Of a DNA stretch of 64,000 bases, positions 1 through 9,377 are shown in pieces. The DNA is from Candidatus Bathyarchaeia archaeon (GTDB lineage: Archaea; Thermoproteota; Bathyarchaeia; Bathyarchaeales; Bathycorpusculaceae). The stretch lies in NCBI GenBank assembly GCA_038882975.1, contig JAVZNE010000002.1:192023-256022 (forward strand), read 5' to 3'. The translations under genes and the position numbers were made by a program. Positions within the stretch are counted from its first letter, which is position 1, and every line of letters starts with the position of its first letter. The notes beneath the pieces are model-generated. The model searched no databases. It saw only the letters and a list, made by a program, of their open reading frames with translations, and was not told the DNA's origin.

Positions 1-1864
1 CGGGCTTGCCTGTCTCTTGAATTGTCCAACCGTAAACATCGCAGATTTTTCTTATCAAGTACAAGCCATAGCCCGTTCCTTTTCCATAGCCCTCTTTGAA
101 AAGCATTTTCTTTTCTTTCCAAGGTATGCCCACACCATTGTCCTCATAGATCAGTTTCAACTGTTTATTACTTAGTTTCTTGTAGTATACTCTGATTTTC
201 TTTACTCTCTTGCCATATTTTAACGAGTTGTCAATTAAATTGTAAAAGATCTGCCTCAGTAAGGAATCCGCCAAAACCATTAAGCCTTTGCATTCGTTTA
301 TCACCCTTGCACCTTTAAGATCTGAAAAGAGTGAAGCCGCTTCCTGGACAGTTTTCTCGACATTCATATAGACCAATTCCTCAACGCCCAGCAATTCATA
401 TGTTGCAGCAAAATCAAAAATTCTCTCTATTTGTCTAACAGCATTTTCTATCTCTTCCAAATACTTTAAACTTTCATTTTTGTTGGCTAGTTTCTTTTTA
501 ATTAGGTAAGCGTTGCCTATTACAACTGATAGTTTATTTCGTATGTCATGTCTAGTCAATCTACCGACAACACGCAGCTTCTCCAAGGTATCTCTCAACT
601 CTTTTTCAACTTTCTTTAAATGGGAAATATCCTTGTATAACCCTACGACTCCAACAAGTTTTCCTTCTATAGTAATTGGAGCGGCAGATATGGACACTGG
701 AACTAAGGATCCGTCCTTTCTCTTCCTGACGCTGTCGTAATAAATGTAGCCTTTCTCTGCTTTCTTGTCAAGCATGCGTCCTTCTTCGATAAGGTCCTTC
801 GGCACTATTACATCGTTGATGTGTTTTCCTTTTATTTCTTCTAGGGTGTAGCCGAAAAGCTCGGTGAATCGTGGATTAATATCCAAAACATGAAAATTTG
901 GATCCATATATACAGCTGCTTCCGGGTTGTTCCTAAACAACTTTTCAAATTTTTCTTGACTTGCCTTAATTTCGCGGGCATATTTCTCCAAATTTTGGGC
1001 GTGCTCTAAGTTGCTTATTGCGGTCGCGGCGTGTGAAGCCAAAATCTCAAGCAACTCTTGATCTTTTTCGTTGTAGGCGGCTAACTTTTTACTTTCTACA
1101 TTTAAAACCCCAAGGATCTTATTACCAATTTTAATGGGTACAACGAGTTCGGAGAGAACTCCAGGCTGAACGGCGACGAAATCCTTGTCCTTTCTAACAT
1201 CTGGAACTAAAATGGAATTGCCTGTTTTTGCTGCCCTTACAGTTATTCCCTTCTTACTACCGTCTAAAGGCAATTCAAGCGAGATGGGTTGTGAATATCC
1301 ACGATAAGCAACAATACGGAGCACGTTTCCATCAATCAGCATCACATCTGCATACTCAAATCCCAACACTCTTTCCATGGCATCTAAAGTTAGGCGGTAG
1401 ATCTCCTCCATACTCTTCGCCATGTTCAAACTTCGACCATAAAAGTTCAACGCAGATAGGCGCTCTTCATAACGTTTTCTTTCCGTGATGTCTCTGTACA
1501 ATCCCACAGTTCCTATAAGTTTGCCTTCAAGCTTAATGGGAGCAACAGATATGGACACTGGAACTAAGGATCCATCTTTCCTCTTCCTAACAGTTTCATA
1601 ATAGAATGGTCCTTCAAGCGCTTTTCTGTTTAACTTTTTTGCCTCATCAATCTTGTCCCCTGGCACCACTACGTCATCGATGTGTTTTCCTTTTATTTCT
1701 TCTAGGGTGTAGCCGAAAAGCTCGGTGAATCGTGGATTAATATCCAAAACATGAAAATTTGGATCTACATAAACACAAGCTTCAGGGTTATCCATAAATA
1801 ACCGTTTAAACTTTTCTTGGCTCTCTCGTATTTTCTGCTCCGTTTTTTTGCTCGATGGCGTCAC
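1..1864 (-). CDS. PAS-GAF-PAS-HisKA-HATPase sensor histidine kinase (3' end runs off the window; absent from the ORF track)
   Basis: Manual translation from GTG at 1864 gives PAS (NPEACVYVDPNFHVLDINPRFTELFGYTLEEIKGK), GAF (SELVVPIKIGNKILGVLNVES), a second PAS, the H-box LTRHDIRNKL, and the G-boxes DNGVG and GYGKGTGYGLYL. Confidence 0.92.
   Translation of the reverse strand, partial: MTPSSKKTEQKIRESQEKFKRLFMDNPEACVYVDPNFHVLDINPRFTELFGYTLEEIKGKHIDDVVVPGDKIDEAKKLNRKALEGPFYYETVRKRKDGSLVPVSISVAPIKLEGKLIGTVGLYRDITERKRYEERLSALNFYGRSLNMAKSMEEIYRLTLDAMERVLGFEYADVMLIDGNVLRIVAYRGYSQPISLELPLDGSKKGITVRAAKTGNSILVPDVRKDKDFVAVQPGVLSELVVPIKIGNKILGVLNVESKKLAAYNEKDQELLEILASHAATAISNLEHAQNLEKYAREIKASQEKFEKLFRNNPEAAVYMDPNFHVLDINPRFTELFGYTLEEIKGKHINDVIVPKDLIEEGRMLDKKAEKGYIYYDSVRKRKDGSLVPVSISAAPITIEGKLVGVVGLYKDISHLKKVEKELRDTLEKLRVVGRLTRHDIRNKLSVVIGNAYLIKKKLANKNESLKYLEEIENAVRQIERIFDFAATYELLGVEELVYMNVEKTVQEAASLFSDLKGARVINECKGLMVLADSLLRQIFYNLIDNSLKYGKRVKKIRVYYKKLSNKQLKLIYEDNGVGIPWKEKKMLFKEGYGKGTGYGLYLIRKICDVYGWTIQETGKP
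818..1765. repeat. Intragenic direct repeats between the two PAS domains: 87 bp identical (818-904 / 1679-1765) and 28 bp identical (685-712 / 1546-1573)
   Basis: Direct comparison of the sequences. Both pairs are offset by 861 bp (287 codons). Confidence 0.9.
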
Positions 1865-1896
1865 TTAACATACTTTCCCGTCGTGCATGACAAATA

Positions 1897-1910
1897 TTGA
1901 AACGTTTCAA
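1897..1910. promoter_or_regulatory. Perfect 14-bp palindrome TTGAAACGTTTCAA in the divergent kinase/glycosyltransferase intergenic region; candidate operator
   Basis: The palindrome is seen directly, about 33 bp upstream of the kinase start. Its function is inferred. Confidence 0.35.
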
Positions 1911-2121
1911 AAGGCTGTCACATAAGACTTGTGAATGTGCAATCAATATTCACGAAAAGTGAGGGTTCAACAAGCGCCTGGACATCATGCAAACATGGTG
2001 CGCTTTGATATACACTTAAATATTTGAAGCCAAATAAGCCGAGATTACAATCTGCGTGATTTACACTTGAAAACGCAAATAAGTCTGCACACCTAAAAAT
2101 AAACGAAAACTGGGAAATGAT

Positions 2122-3372
2122 ATGAAGATGGCTGTGCTTGTCTATGAGTATCCGCCGAAAATTGTTGGTGGTTTAGGCACTTACGCGGCTGAAATCACGC
2201 GGAAATTTGTGTTAATGGACCATGATGTTACTGTTTTTACGATGAATGATGATGAAGGAAGTCTTCCAACAAGGGAGATTTGGCGCGGCATTGAAATTCA
2301 TCGCCCATTGCACATTGACATTTCGGATTCGCTTCCGGACGTTGTAGCTGAGGATGTTAAGAAGTGGGGTAGGGGCATTCAGCTTTTCTCCAAAATTCTC
2401 GTCTACAATTATCTGAGCGCGTCAAAACTTGTTAACGAACTAATTGGAAAGGAAGGTTTTAAATATGATGTTGTGGTTGCGCACGACTGGCTTTCAGTCA
2501 TAGCCGGAATAACCATAAAGAAGGAGACCGGTCTCCCACTGGTTTTTCATGTTCACTCGACTGAGAAGGGAAGAACCCTTGGAAACGGTTCAGAAGTTGT
2601 TAGCAACATTGAGCTTCGCGGGGCGCAGGCAGCAGACCTTGTCATCACTGTTTCATACGCCATGAAAGATGAGTTGATAAAGCTTGGTTTTCCAAGGGAA
2701 AAAATTGAGGTTTGCTATAACGGTGTTGATCCGCAAAAGTACAATCCAGAAGATGTAAGCCCAGACCAGATAAGGCAGGTTAGGGAGTTTTATGGCGTAA
2801 AGCCTGAAGACTCCATGATTCTTTTTCTTGGAAGACTTGTGGGCGTCAAAGGCGTTGATAAGCTTGTCATGGCTATGCCCCATATTCTACAGAAGATTCC
2901 AAACGCGAAGCTGGTCATCGTTGGTTTGGGTGATTTGCAAGACTATCTTGTTAACCTTGTAAGGATGATGAAGCTTCAAGACGTTGTAAAATTCAACTTC
3001 GAATTTATATCGGAGGAGGAGCGAATTCTCCACTATGCGGCGTGCGATGTGGCGGTTTTTCCAAGCTTATACGAGCCTTTCGGAATAGTTGCTCTAGAAG
3101 CCATGAGCATGGAGCGCCCAGTGGTCGTTGGCGCAGCAGGCGTCAGTGGAATGAGAGAAATAGTTATACCATGTGGAGAGGAACAGTGTGGCTATCATAT
3201 AAACCCGAACAATCCGGCGGACATCGCTTGGGGTGTTGTCAGCGCTTTGGAGAATCCGGAAAAGCGAAAATGGCTTGGAAAGAACGGTCGGCGTCGAGTT
3301 TTAAACGAGTTCACATGGGATAAGATAGCGGAAAGAACAATTGAGCTTTATGAACGTGTAATAAAACGCTAA
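2122..3372 (+). CDS. GT4-family glycosyltransferase (glycogen-synthase-like)
   Basis: EYPPKIVGGLG, HDW, HSTE.GR, PSLYEPFGIVALEAM motifs. Confidence 0.9.
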   Translation: MKMAVLVYEYPPKIVGGLGTYAAEITRKFVLMDHDVTVFTMNDDEGSLPTREIWRGIEIHRPLHIDISDSLPDVVAEDVKKWGRGIQLFSKILVYNYLSASKLVNELIGKEGFKYDVVVAHDWLSVIAGITIKKETGLPLVFHVHSTEKGRTLGNGSEVVSNIELRGAQAADLVITVSYAMKDELIKLGFPREKIEVCYNGVDPQKYNPEDVSPDQIRQVREFYGVKPEDSMILFLGRLVGVKGVDKLVMAMPHILQKIPNAKLVIVGLGDLQDYLVNLVRMMKLQDVVKFNFEFISEEERILHYAACDVAVFPSLYEPFGIVALEAMSMERPVVVGAAGVSGMREIVIPCGEEQCGYHINPNNPADIAWGVVSALENPEKRKWLGKNGRRRVLNEFTWDKIAERTIELYERVIKR

Positions 3373-3389
3373 CTGCAGACTGGTGTGCT

Positions 3390-4010
3390 TTGGGCTTATC
3401 AACAGCAGATGCCAACATGCGAAGAAATGTGGCGAGGGAAGCAGCCACCCTTCTTTATTTTGGGTTAGAGAAAGAGTATAAGCAGGCCAAATTGCGGGCG
3501 GCGAAAACTTTAGGTGTCCACTTTTTGCCGTCAAACCTTGAAGTTGCCAAGGAGCTTGATAGAATAGCGGAGGAACATGAGGGAGCCGTCCGAAGGGAGC
3601 GCTTAGTTAAGATGCGGAGGGAAGCCCTAAACCTAATGAAAATATTGGAAAGGTTCAGTCCGGTGCTTGTTGGAAGCGTTTGGCGGGGAACCATTTACCG
3701 TGAAAGCGACATAGACATAATCACATACCACAATGAGCCCTACGAAATCCTGAAATTGTTGGAAAAGAGGTTCAAGGTGTTAGAGTGCGGCTGGGCAGCT
3801 ATAACAAAGAGGGGGAAACCAAAGAATTCTTTCCGGATATTCATTGAATTGCCTAGCGGTGAAAAAGCCGAAATAACCGTTCGGGATGTTGAGGAGTTCG
3901 GCGTTAAGGAAACTTGCGAAATATACGGTGACACCATATCTGGACTGAGCATTCAAGAACTTGAGAAAGTGCTTACAGAAAACTCCACAAAGAGATTTGT
4001 CCCTTTCTAA
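3390..4010 (+). CDS. Pol-beta-type nucleotidyltransferase domain protein
   Basis: GSVWRG...SDIDI motif, with an N-terminal helical AREAA...EYKQAK region. The start may be the ATG at 3417. Confidence 0.75.
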   Translation: MGLSTADANMRRNVAREAATLLYFGLEKEYKQAKLRAAKTLGVHFLPSNLEVAKELDRIAEEHEGAVRRERLVKMRREALNLMKILERFSPVLVGSVWRGTIYRESDIDIITYHNEPYEILKLLEKRFKVLECGWAAITKRGKPKNSFRIFIELPSGEKAEITVRDVEEFGVKETCEIYGDTISGLSIQELEKVLTENSTKRFVPF

Positions 4011-4083
4011 AATGGCTTTTCCCTAGACTCTTAAATATTTGAACTCACAAAAATATAATTAACCAAAGTTTGAAGGCGTCCCA

Positions 4084-4434
4084 TTGGAGCTTGATAAGGA
4101 AACTTTCAAAAGATTGTTCCCAAACCTCGCAAAGGAAATGGAGTCAGGCGAAAATAAGGTTGCAGTAAGCTCCGTCAGAACAGAAACAAAATCCGGGGAA
4201 AGGGCAGTGTCGCGAAACTTTGTCCACTACGACCCAGACGTTATAGATTTTCTCCGTCGATGCGACACAGCCGAGCAAGCAGAAGAAATAATAGCCTACA
4301 TGGAACGAAGGGGCGAAATAAGCAAGGAATATGCGGCAAAACTTAGGAAGCAGCTGAAGGAAAAGGGCGTGAGAAGCTTTGGTCCCAAGAAAGAGGAGAA
4401 CTACTATTTAAGGCGTGCAGGACTTGTAAAGTAG
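4084..4434 (+). CDS. DUF2095-family archaeal protein
   Basis: FKRLFPNLAKE, YDPDVIDFLRRCDT, GVRSFGPKKE motifs. Confidence 0.8.
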   Translation: MELDKETFKRLFPNLAKEMESGENKVAVSSVRTETKSGERAVSRNFVHYDPDVIDFLRRCDTAEQAEEIIAYMERRGEISKEYAAKLRKQLKEKGVRSFGPKKEENYYLRRAGLVK

Positions 4435-4439
4435 CCTTT

Positions 4440-5216
4440 TTAGACTTGTTCTGGCGGCACCCTTTCTGGAGTATAACCCGTATGATACCTTAAATTGTAT
4501 TTTTGTAGCCTTTGAACCACATGCGGATAAAGTATCAGCTCTTCAATTTCAATTTCTTCTGCTAATTTTGGGCTAATCTGTCCAATTCGCTCTATGAGAG
4601 ATTGCAAGCTCTTTTTTGATGAGAAGGACGCCATAATTGATGGGTGGCACCTAACTTTTGCCTCCACCAGCTTCTCTAACGCTTTGAGTTGCAATGTGAA
4701 TCCTTCGGGTTTAGCACCTGTAAGTAATGTGAATTCTTCTTTGCTACATCCTTTAAGCGAAACTCTAACATGTATGAACTTATATTTTGTTAGGCTCTCG
4801 GCATAGCCCTCATCATATGCTATGGGGATGCCGTTGGTTTCAAGGATAAAGCGGTAACCCTTACCATCAAGGTTTTCAAGAAGTTTAAGCAGGTGCTGCT
4901 TCCCAATTGTTGGCTCTCCCCCGCTCAATCTAAGCAGGTCAAGTTTGCACTTTTTGGCAAGGGAGATTAGGCTTTCGGCGACTTTTTTAGGCGTGTAAAA
5001 TGTACCAACATCATGGGGGCGGTTCATAACAGTGTCTGAAACCCAACAGAACCGACAAAGCAATCCGCATCCAACACAGTCAGCTGTAACTATGCCGCCG
5101 TACCACCTTGCGGGTCTTATGCGGTAATACTTTCTCTCCATTCCCTCTGGACCAGTACGTGTGACAAGCTTTTCCATTGCCATGTGCCTCATAATAGGGT
5201 CGTAGAATACTGCCAA
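4440..5216 (-). CDS. Radical SAM protein of unknown function
   Basis: CGLLCRFC (CxxxCxxC), SGGEP and ETNG motifs. Confidence 0.88.
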   Translation of the reverse strand: MAVFYDPIMRHMAMEKLVTRTGPEGMERKYYRIRPARWYGGIVTADCVGCGLLCRFCWVSDTVMNRPHDVGTFYTPKKVAESLISLAKKCKLDLLRLSGGEPTIGKQHLLKLLENLDGKGYRFILETNGIPIAYDEGYAESLTKYKFIHVRVSLKGCSKEEFTLLTGAKPEGFTLQLKALEKLVEAKVRCHPSIMASFSSKKSLQSLIERIGQISPKLAEEIEIEELILYPHVVQRLQKYNLRYHTGYTPERVPPEQV

Positions 5217-5287
5217 AGGGATCAGCCTTCAACAGAAGATTTAGGGCGAAGCTAATCTTAAATTGTTAATAACACAAACTGTTTTTA

Positions 5288-5770
5288 ATGATGTTGTTGA
5301 AAAGTGGCGATGTCTTAAGCAACCTTGAAATTTCAAGAATTTTCGATGTTTGTGCCCAGCGAGGGATAAGGTACAATGGAAGCCTAAAGAAGGGGATTAG
5401 GCATGTTGTTTTGATAACAGTTTTGCATAAAACACCAGAGGAGAGCCTACGTAACCCCTACAATGACCGTTTGGAAGGTGATATCCTTCTCTACACTGGT
5501 GAGGGGCGTGTTGGAAACCAGAAAATGAAGAGGGGAAACTTAGCATTAAAAAGGCAGATGGCAGAAGGTTATCCAATATTTGTTTTTGAGAAGAAGTCGG
5601 CTGGAAAATACGTGTTTATGGGAAGGTACAACGTGTTATCTGTGCATGTTGAAATTCAACCGGACATAAAAGGGCAGAGAAGAGAAGTTTTCCTCTATAA
5701 ACTGAAAAGAGTATCCGCATCAGTTTCATTAAACGCCATTGAAGAGCCAGTCGTTTCCAAAAGTAAATAA
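5288..5770 (+). CDS. Stand-alone SRA/YDG-like (modified-base binding) domain protein
   Basis: NPYNDRLEGDILLYTGEGRVGNQKMKRGNLAL...IFVFEKKSAGKYVFMG is typical of prokaryotic SRA domains. No nuclease domain is fused. Confidence 0.7.
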   Translation: MMLLKSGDVLSNLEISRIFDVCAQRGIRYNGSLKKGIRHVVLITVLHKTPEESLRNPYNDRLEGDILLYTGEGRVGNQKMKRGNLALKRQMAEGYPIFVFEKKSAGKYVFMGRYNVLSVHVEIQPDIKGQRREVFLYKLKRVSASVSLNAIEEPVVSKSK

Positions 5771-5828
5771 ATAGGTCTTATGATATTAGAGAGCCAGAAT
5801 TCAAGGTTTAGGCGGCGGAGGAAAAAGC

Positions 5829-7520
5829 TTGAAAGGGAAAGCTTTGGCTTTCATAGTCTTGGCGGTTACGCTATTATTTTTCGTCTTAAACATTGCCTAT
5901 GTCAAAGACGCTAATGCAGAGCCTCCATACTCTATTGAGTGGGTTAGCCATGAGGTGAAAATTCTTTATAACGGCTACATCATCGTAAACGACACAATAA
6001 AAGTGAATGGGTCTGTGCAGGACGGTTTTCTTATTGGTTTTCCATATAGGTATGCACCTTACGTTCTCCGATGTATAGCCTACAACACTGCCAATTTTAC
6101 CCAACAGTACAATGTTGTCGGTGGTGTGCCATTAAATGACCGTGTTGGCTTTTATGGTTTTAAGGTTACCTTAAACCCGCCGCCAAGCGATGGAGTTTTT
6201 AGCGTCATATTCGTGCTTTCAAACAGCCTTCTTAGGCAGAACCCGCAGAACACAACCCTTTACACCTTGGATTTTCCAGCATACCCAAGCCTCACGGTAG
6301 ACGCTTCTTCATGTAATGCTTCGGTTGTTTTATCGCCAAATTCAAAATTTGTAAGCGGCACAGGCACGGTTAACACGACAAACTATTCAATTAAAAAGCC
6401 ATTGTCCCCGTTCATGTACGAGCCTGCAAATTTGACCTTCCAGCTAACCACCGATGACATACAGCTATTCACAGTGATGGAGTTCAAGCGCGAAATTAAT
6501 GTTGGCAGCATGGGTGAAATTTGGTTTTCAGACAGCTATTATATAAGAAATGAGTCGCCGCAGCAGATGACCTCTGTTAAGGTAGCTGTACCACCGAACG
6601 CTTCAAATGTTTGGGTTGAGGATGAGTTTGGAAGAAAGGGTAATATAGCATTGGGCAAGGTAAGCTTATCCCTGCCCGTTGAAAGCGGCAGATCAACAAA
6701 GTTCATTGTGAGGTATAACATGCCAAAAGGAAAAGGTACAAATTTCACATTTTTCCAAGAGATAAACTACTACATTGAGAAAGCATCCATAATTATCACG
6801 TTGCCTGAAGGTGCCAAAATCATGAGAGTAAGCCCCAACAGCGTTTTGCCAATTGGCGCGTACGGGGTGTCAAGAGATGTGTTCCAGGAAAGAATCACTT
6901 TAAGCAAACAAGGGGTTCTGTCCTTAGATAGCTTCACAATGGAGTTGTCATACGAGTATAATCCCTTGTGGCTGACTTTCCGCCCCACATTGTGGATTTG
7001 GGCGCTATCGGTTTTTGGATGTGCCATTATCGCCATTTGGAAAAGACCAAAAGCACCAGAAGCTGCTGTTGTTGCAGTACCAACAGTTGCTGTTAGGCTT
7101 AGCCCAGAAATTCTCAGAAGGTTTGTGGAATCCTACGAGGAGAAGCGGCGGATAACTTCAGATTTAAGGTCTCTTGAAGCTGCTGTTAGCAAGGGAAGGA
7201 TTCAAAGGCAGAGGTACAAAGTGCAGAGGAAAACTTTGGAAACGCGGCTTGCAGCGTTGTCCAGAAACTTAGATGATTTGAAGCTGAAGCTTAGGTCTGC
7301 TGGAGGGCGTTATGCGGATTTGATGCACCAACTTGAGGTTGCGGAAACAGAACTTAACGAGGTTGAATCTAACATTAAAAGCATCGAAATTCGCCACCGT
7401 AGAGGAGACTTAACATTGGAGGCTTACCGCAAACTTCTAGCAGACTACGAAAGCAGAAGGGAAAAGGCTGAAACCACCATTAGCGGAATTCTGTTAAGGA
7501 TACGTGAAGAAATCCGCTAG
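5829..7520 (+). CDS. Type I membrane protein, ribophorin I (Ost1)-like, with cytoplasmic helical bundle
   Basis: Signal peptide, duplicated beta-rich ectodomain with REINVGSMGEIWFSDSYYIRN and VEDEFG motifs, one TM helix (LWIWALSVFGCAIIAIW), coiled-coil tail. Confidence 0.6.
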   Translation: MKGKALAFIVLAVTLLFFVLNIAYVKDANAEPPYSIEWVSHEVKILYNGYIIVNDTIKVNGSVQDGFLIGFPYRYAPYVLRCIAYNTANFTQQYNVVGGVPLNDRVGFYGFKVTLNPPPSDGVFSVIFVLSNSLLRQNPQNTTLYTLDFPAYPSLTVDASSCNASVVLSPNSKFVSGTGTVNTTNYSIKKPLSPFMYEPANLTFQLTTDDIQLFTVMEFKREINVGSMGEIWFSDSYYIRNESPQQMTSVKVAVPPNASNVWVEDEFGRKGNIALGKVSLSLPVESGRSTKFIVRYNMPKGKGTNFTFFQEINYYIEKASIIITLPEGAKIMRVSPNSVLPIGAYGVSRDVFQERITLSKQGVLSLDSFTMELSYEYNPLWLTFRPTLWIWALSVFGCAIIAIWKRPKAPEAAVVAVPTVAVRLSPEILRRFVESYEEKRRITSDLRSLEAAVSKGRIQRQRYKVQRKTLETRLAALSRNLDDLKLKLRSAGGRYADLMHQLEVAETELNEVESNIKSIEIRHRRGDLTLEAYRKLLADYESRREKAETTISGILLRIREEIR

Positions 7521-7584
7521 CGAACCTAAAGGCTTTTATTTCACCCCTAAAATTTGAAGGAAATCTGGTTGAAGGGGGAATAAA

Positions 7585-7767
7585 ATGGTAAAGATAGTGG
7601 TTGACAACCACAAGTGCACCGGATGCGGCACATGCGTCGACACATGCCCGGTGGGCGTTTATGAAGTAAAGGATGGAAAATCTGTCCCAGTAAAAGTGGA
7701 AGAGTGCCTCGTGTGTAGGGCATGCGAAGCCCAGTGTCCAGAAGGCGCCATCCAAGTAATTGAATAG
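7585..7767 (+). CDS. 2x[4Fe-4S] ferredoxin
   Basis: CTGCGTCVDTCP and CLVCRACEAQCP. Confidence 0.95.
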   Translation: MVKIVVDNHKCTGCGTCVDTCPVGVYEVKDGKSVPVKVEECLVCRACEAQCPEGAIQVIE

Positions 7768-7799
7768 CAGCCGCCACCTTTCCCTTTCTTTCAAAAGCC

Positions 7800-9254
7800 C
7801 TAAAATTTCTCGAAAGTTTCTAAAAATAACCTTTGCAAAAATTGTTTTACCGTGAGCCTCTCCCTTTTAGCCAATCTTTTAATGGCCTTAGAAACGCCAG
7901 TGGCATATTGCACGGCCTTCTTTTGCCTATTAACTATTTGAGGGGGTAGCCCAACTTTTTCAGCGGCTTTTCTCAGCACAGCTTTTCTGAGGGGGTCATT
8001 TGGCGACTCTATTTTCATCCTTAATGGCAGATTAAGAGCAAAATCTGCGATGGGGTAAGAGGCGAAGGGCAGGCGAAGTTCTACATTATTGAAGATGCAG
8101 ATTTTGCTGTCCCTTTCAAAGTTGTTTTCATGCATTGTTAGAATGTCGTTTACAATCGCCTTTTCAGCGGCATCCTCACCAAAGCGTTTGTAAAGGTTTA
8201 GATAACGCCTATACCCTCCAAAGTACTCGTCTGCCCCCTGTCCAGTGAGCAGAACTCTAAAACCAAGTTCAGCCGCCTTTTCGGCAGTCCAAAAAATTGG
8301 CACACCAATACTAGCCGTAACGGGGTTGTGGTCTTCTATTGCCAACAACACTTTGGGAAGCGTCCGCTTCACATAACCTTCATCATACAAGTATTTGTGA
8401 AAGGGCATGTCAAGCAGGCTGGCAGCCTTTTCCGCCTGCTCTGTTTCCAGCTGGTTTTCAAGGCTTACGTGAATTAAGTGGACTTTGACTCCAGCCTTTT
8501 TTGCAAGCCACGCGATTAGGCTGCTGTCCAAGCCTCCTGAAAAAGCCACTGCAACTTCACTTAAGCCATACACTCTCCCTTGAATTGACTGTTCTAGAAG
8601 CGCTTGAAGCTTTTTGGAAGCTTCCTCCATGGATGCTAAAGCGGTTACGGAGCGCTTTAAAACCTTAACAGGTCTTATTTTGAACCCCCTTTTGTCTGCA
8701 ATTATCACGTGCCCCGGCGGGAAAGATTGCACCCTTTTTATGCCCACCTTCCATAATGCCTTACTTTCTGACGCGAAAGCGGAAAAATTGCCGTTTTCGC
8801 CATAATAAAGCGGGTATAAGCCTAAAGAGTCTCTTCCGACAACGAGTTTTTCATGTTTGGCTATGGCGAAAGCGAAGCAACCGTCAAACTTCCTTATCCA
8901 CGCCTCAGCGCCAGCCTCGCTATCGGCTTGAAGTTTTTGTGCGAAAAAATCCGCATCTAAAAGCTCAACTGGTGGATTGTAAATTCTCCCATCGAAAACG
9001 AAAGTCGTCTCTCCAATCTGTGTTAGCCGCGGCTTGTCTTGGGCTAAAACCTTCAGAAAAACATGTCCGATGGCTGTTGAAGACTTAAAACCTTCGACTT
9101 GCAGTTTGTCTAAAGATTTTTCAACCGTGACGTGGTTTTGTGTTGCTATGCCAATGGCGTCTGCGCCTCCCCCCTCCAGAACTTTAAGCATCGAAGCTGC
9201 TGCTTGAACAGCTTTTTCTCCCTTTCTGTCAAGGACTGCTACAACCGCTTTCAT
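7800..9254 (-). CDS. Asparagine synthetase B-like amidoligase (lacks the N-terminal Cys)
   Basis: Ntn-fold N-domain (FDGRIYN, RDSLGLYPLY), SGGLDSS, TGQGADEYFGGY, ELRLPF. Confidence 0.85.
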   Translation of the reverse strand: MKAVVAVLDRKGEKAVQAAASMLKVLEGGGADAIGIATQNHVTVEKSLDKLQVEGFKSSTAIGHVFLKVLAQDKPRLTQIGETTFVFDGRIYNPPVELLDADFFAQKLQADSEAGAEAWIRKFDGCFAFAIAKHEKLVVGRDSLGLYPLYYGENGNFSAFASESKALWKVGIKRVQSFPPGHVIIADKRGFKIRPVKVLKRSVTALASMEEASKKLQALLEQSIQGRVYGLSEVAVAFSGGLDSSLIAWLAKKAGVKVHLIHVSLENQLETEQAEKAASLLDMPFHKYLYDEGYVKRTLPKVLLAIEDHNPVTASIGVPIFWTAEKAAELGFRVLLTGQGADEYFGGYRRYLNLYKRFGEDAAEKAIVNDILTMHENNFERDSKICIFNNVELRLPFASYPIADFALNLPLRMKIESPNDPLRKAVLRKAAEKVGLPPQIVNRQKKAVQYATGVSKAIKRLAKRERLTVKQFLQRLFLETFEKF

Positions 9255-9377
9255 GTTATCAACCTTTGCCTTGTTTCAAGCTATATTTTGAGTGATAGCC
9301 ATTTAAATTAGGCTGCATGTTTAAAGGGAATGTTAAAAATCCGCATGGACACGTATTGCATCGAGACGGAGGTTCTG

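Noticed and set aside
818-1765. Repeat pair as a diversity-generating retroelement TR/VR
   Set aside because: The copies are identical, with no adenine-specific mismatches, both lie in-frame in PAS domains, and no reverse transcriptase is in the window.
1896-1911. ATTGAAAC/GTTTCAA resembling CRISPR repeat ends
   Set aside because: Single occurrence, with no repeat-spacer periodicity and no cas genes.
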